This document shows, piece after piece, positions 62,260-64,000 of a DNA stretch of 64,000 nucleotides (the stretch's first letter is position 1; each line of letters opens with the position of its first letter). The DNA is from Eledone cirrhosa. Taxonomy: Eukaryota. The stretch covers positions 78,368,001-78,432,000 of the forward strand of contig OZ024741.1 in assembly GCA_964016885.1 (NCBI GenBank), written 5' to 3'. A program made the position numbers and the translations under genes. Below the pieces are notes generated by a model. That model worked only from the letters and a program-made list of their open reading frames with translations. It was not told the origin of the DNA and made no database searches.

Positions 62260-63960
62260 GATGGTTGACTTCAACTTTCCTTATGTGTGTTGGCTGCCAA
62301 ATACTCTGAAAGCAGGTAATTACATTTCAATCCCTAACAAAGTGGTACTAGAAAGAATGTTTACCCTTATGAATGATATTTTCTTGTTACAGTTTATCAT
62401 TGAGCCAAGACATAAATGTATTTTGTTTCAAGTGTTTAGCAGCTAGTCTATTAATATCTATAATATCTCAGTTGGGTAACCTTTTCTCTCCAACCATATA
62501 ATACAATGTAAGCTTAGTTTCCAGCATTCCAAGAACAAACCAACCTCATTCTCTCCAGCACAACCAGTTGACAATATGTATCTGCAAAAATCAAACTAAG
62601 GAACAATTATAAATGGCATCTCGGATATCAACCCATCAAAGCTATTTGGCATGTTTTTGAGAATATAAGTTATCAATATACGTTGAAACCACACTAACAC
62701 AGTAACCAAAATAAAAGTAAGATCCCAAGAGAGAAAACAAAAATCCTCATTGGGAAAATATAAAGATTAAATAAAAAAAAAAATGAATCAACTGAATACA
62801 GTAGGCAGTAACACCTGCATTTGGCAACAATAACAACACTCGAATAAAAAATAAACATCATCTTCAAAAGAGCATGGACACTATCATCAAAAATGAAAGA
62901 GTCATAGATGAAGACAGGGTCATTGAGAAAATTAAATGCAATGGAAAAGCTTAGTTTACATATGCCAAAAACTATAGAGTCAGTTTCACCTATTGGTTCA
63001 CTGATTGATGAAAACAACATTCTCCATAATGACTATAAAGAAATGGGGGAGGATTTTACAGAAACAGTATGACTTTGTCTTCAGTGATGCCACAAATGTT
63101 GTTTAGGTGGAATCAGTAAAGAAAACCATCAACATTTTCATCCCTGCTATAACTTTTGACACACAAGATATCACAGCAGCAATAGATAAAATAAAACACT
63201 GCTCAATATCAGGCTTTGATAAATTCACTGCATGCATGCTGAAGGAGTGCCAACACAAACTTGAATCTAGTTAATCTGTGGAGAAAATCGCTAAAAGCAG
63301 GTTATATACTCGAAAACATTTTATCCCAATTTGTCATCCCAGTTTTCAAAAAGGGAAATAATTACTTGCAGTATCAGTAAAGTATTTTAGAAGATAGTGA
63401 GATCAAGAATGTGTTCCTGGAGAGCAACAATCTCCTAAATCTCAATTAGCATGGCTTTTTGTGAAGCAGAGACTCTTTAACATTGCTTCTACACGGTTTG
63501 AGAGTATCTTAAACATTTTGAAAGACGGCATCAACACAGGTTCCATATATTTTGACTTCAGTAAGTCCTTCAACAGAATCTACTATAGAATTCTGTTGAA
63601 AAATATATCTAACATAGGAAAGAGTTCATGGAAAATTATTGCAGGGGATTTATTATTTCCTGTAAAGCAGAAGCCAGTATGCTGTGATTATCAGAATCCA
63701 TTCTTCCAGCAAAAGACATCTATTGTGCTTCCTAATGACGAGATAAAACTCCAGTTTAACCTAAAATATGCTGTTAAATGAGGGGAAAATGTGAGGTCAT
63801 CCACTTTGGAAAAGAGGATGTACTTAAACTGTGATATTCTCTTCTCTGAGGAGGACTTCTCATATGAACAATAGTAAGAGGCTTAAGAGTAATTATTGAC
63901 AATGACCTCAACTGAAGTACCTACAATAAAGTCTATATGGCTTGCAGGATGAGCTTTTGG
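62260..63960 (+). mobile_element. Heavily decayed CR1/L2/Jockey-group LINE
   Basis: Remnants of APE (DFNFP...W) and RT (PVFKKG, IYFDFSKSFN), with many stops. Confidence 0.6.
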
Positions 63961-64000
63961 ATCTCAATAGCATTCTCAAGATGGATGGATAGATAGATAG

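Overview
AT-rich, repeat-dense animal genomic DNA. The (TA)n/(CA)n/(GAT)n microsatellites, RTE LINEs and SINE types point to an octopus or other coleoid cephalopod (inference). One clear host gene is present: a Fuzzy (FUZ) homolog whose whole CDS lies in one exon (57302-58567, minus strand). Two phase-compatible orphan exons lie downstream on the same strand. Mobile DNA includes a near full-length RTE LINE plus many truncated copies, a Penelope-like element (RT + GIY-YIG), R4- and CRE-like fragments, a decayed CR1/L2-like LINE, two tRNA-derived SINE families, a TTAA-flanked piggyBac-type MITE family and a hAT MITE. The most striking signal is not in the ORF track: about 17 type I hammerhead ribozyme motifs (intact or degenerate, from roughly 10 dissimilar sequence families). 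Most lie in short non-coding elements in or beside (TA)n tracts. Several of these elements are 350-660 bp palindromes with one ribozyme on each strand, always pointing outward. One family has a compensated U3-A8 core, and another forms a ~420-nt tandem unit resembling a retrozyme. All RNA folds were assigned by eye, not computed.
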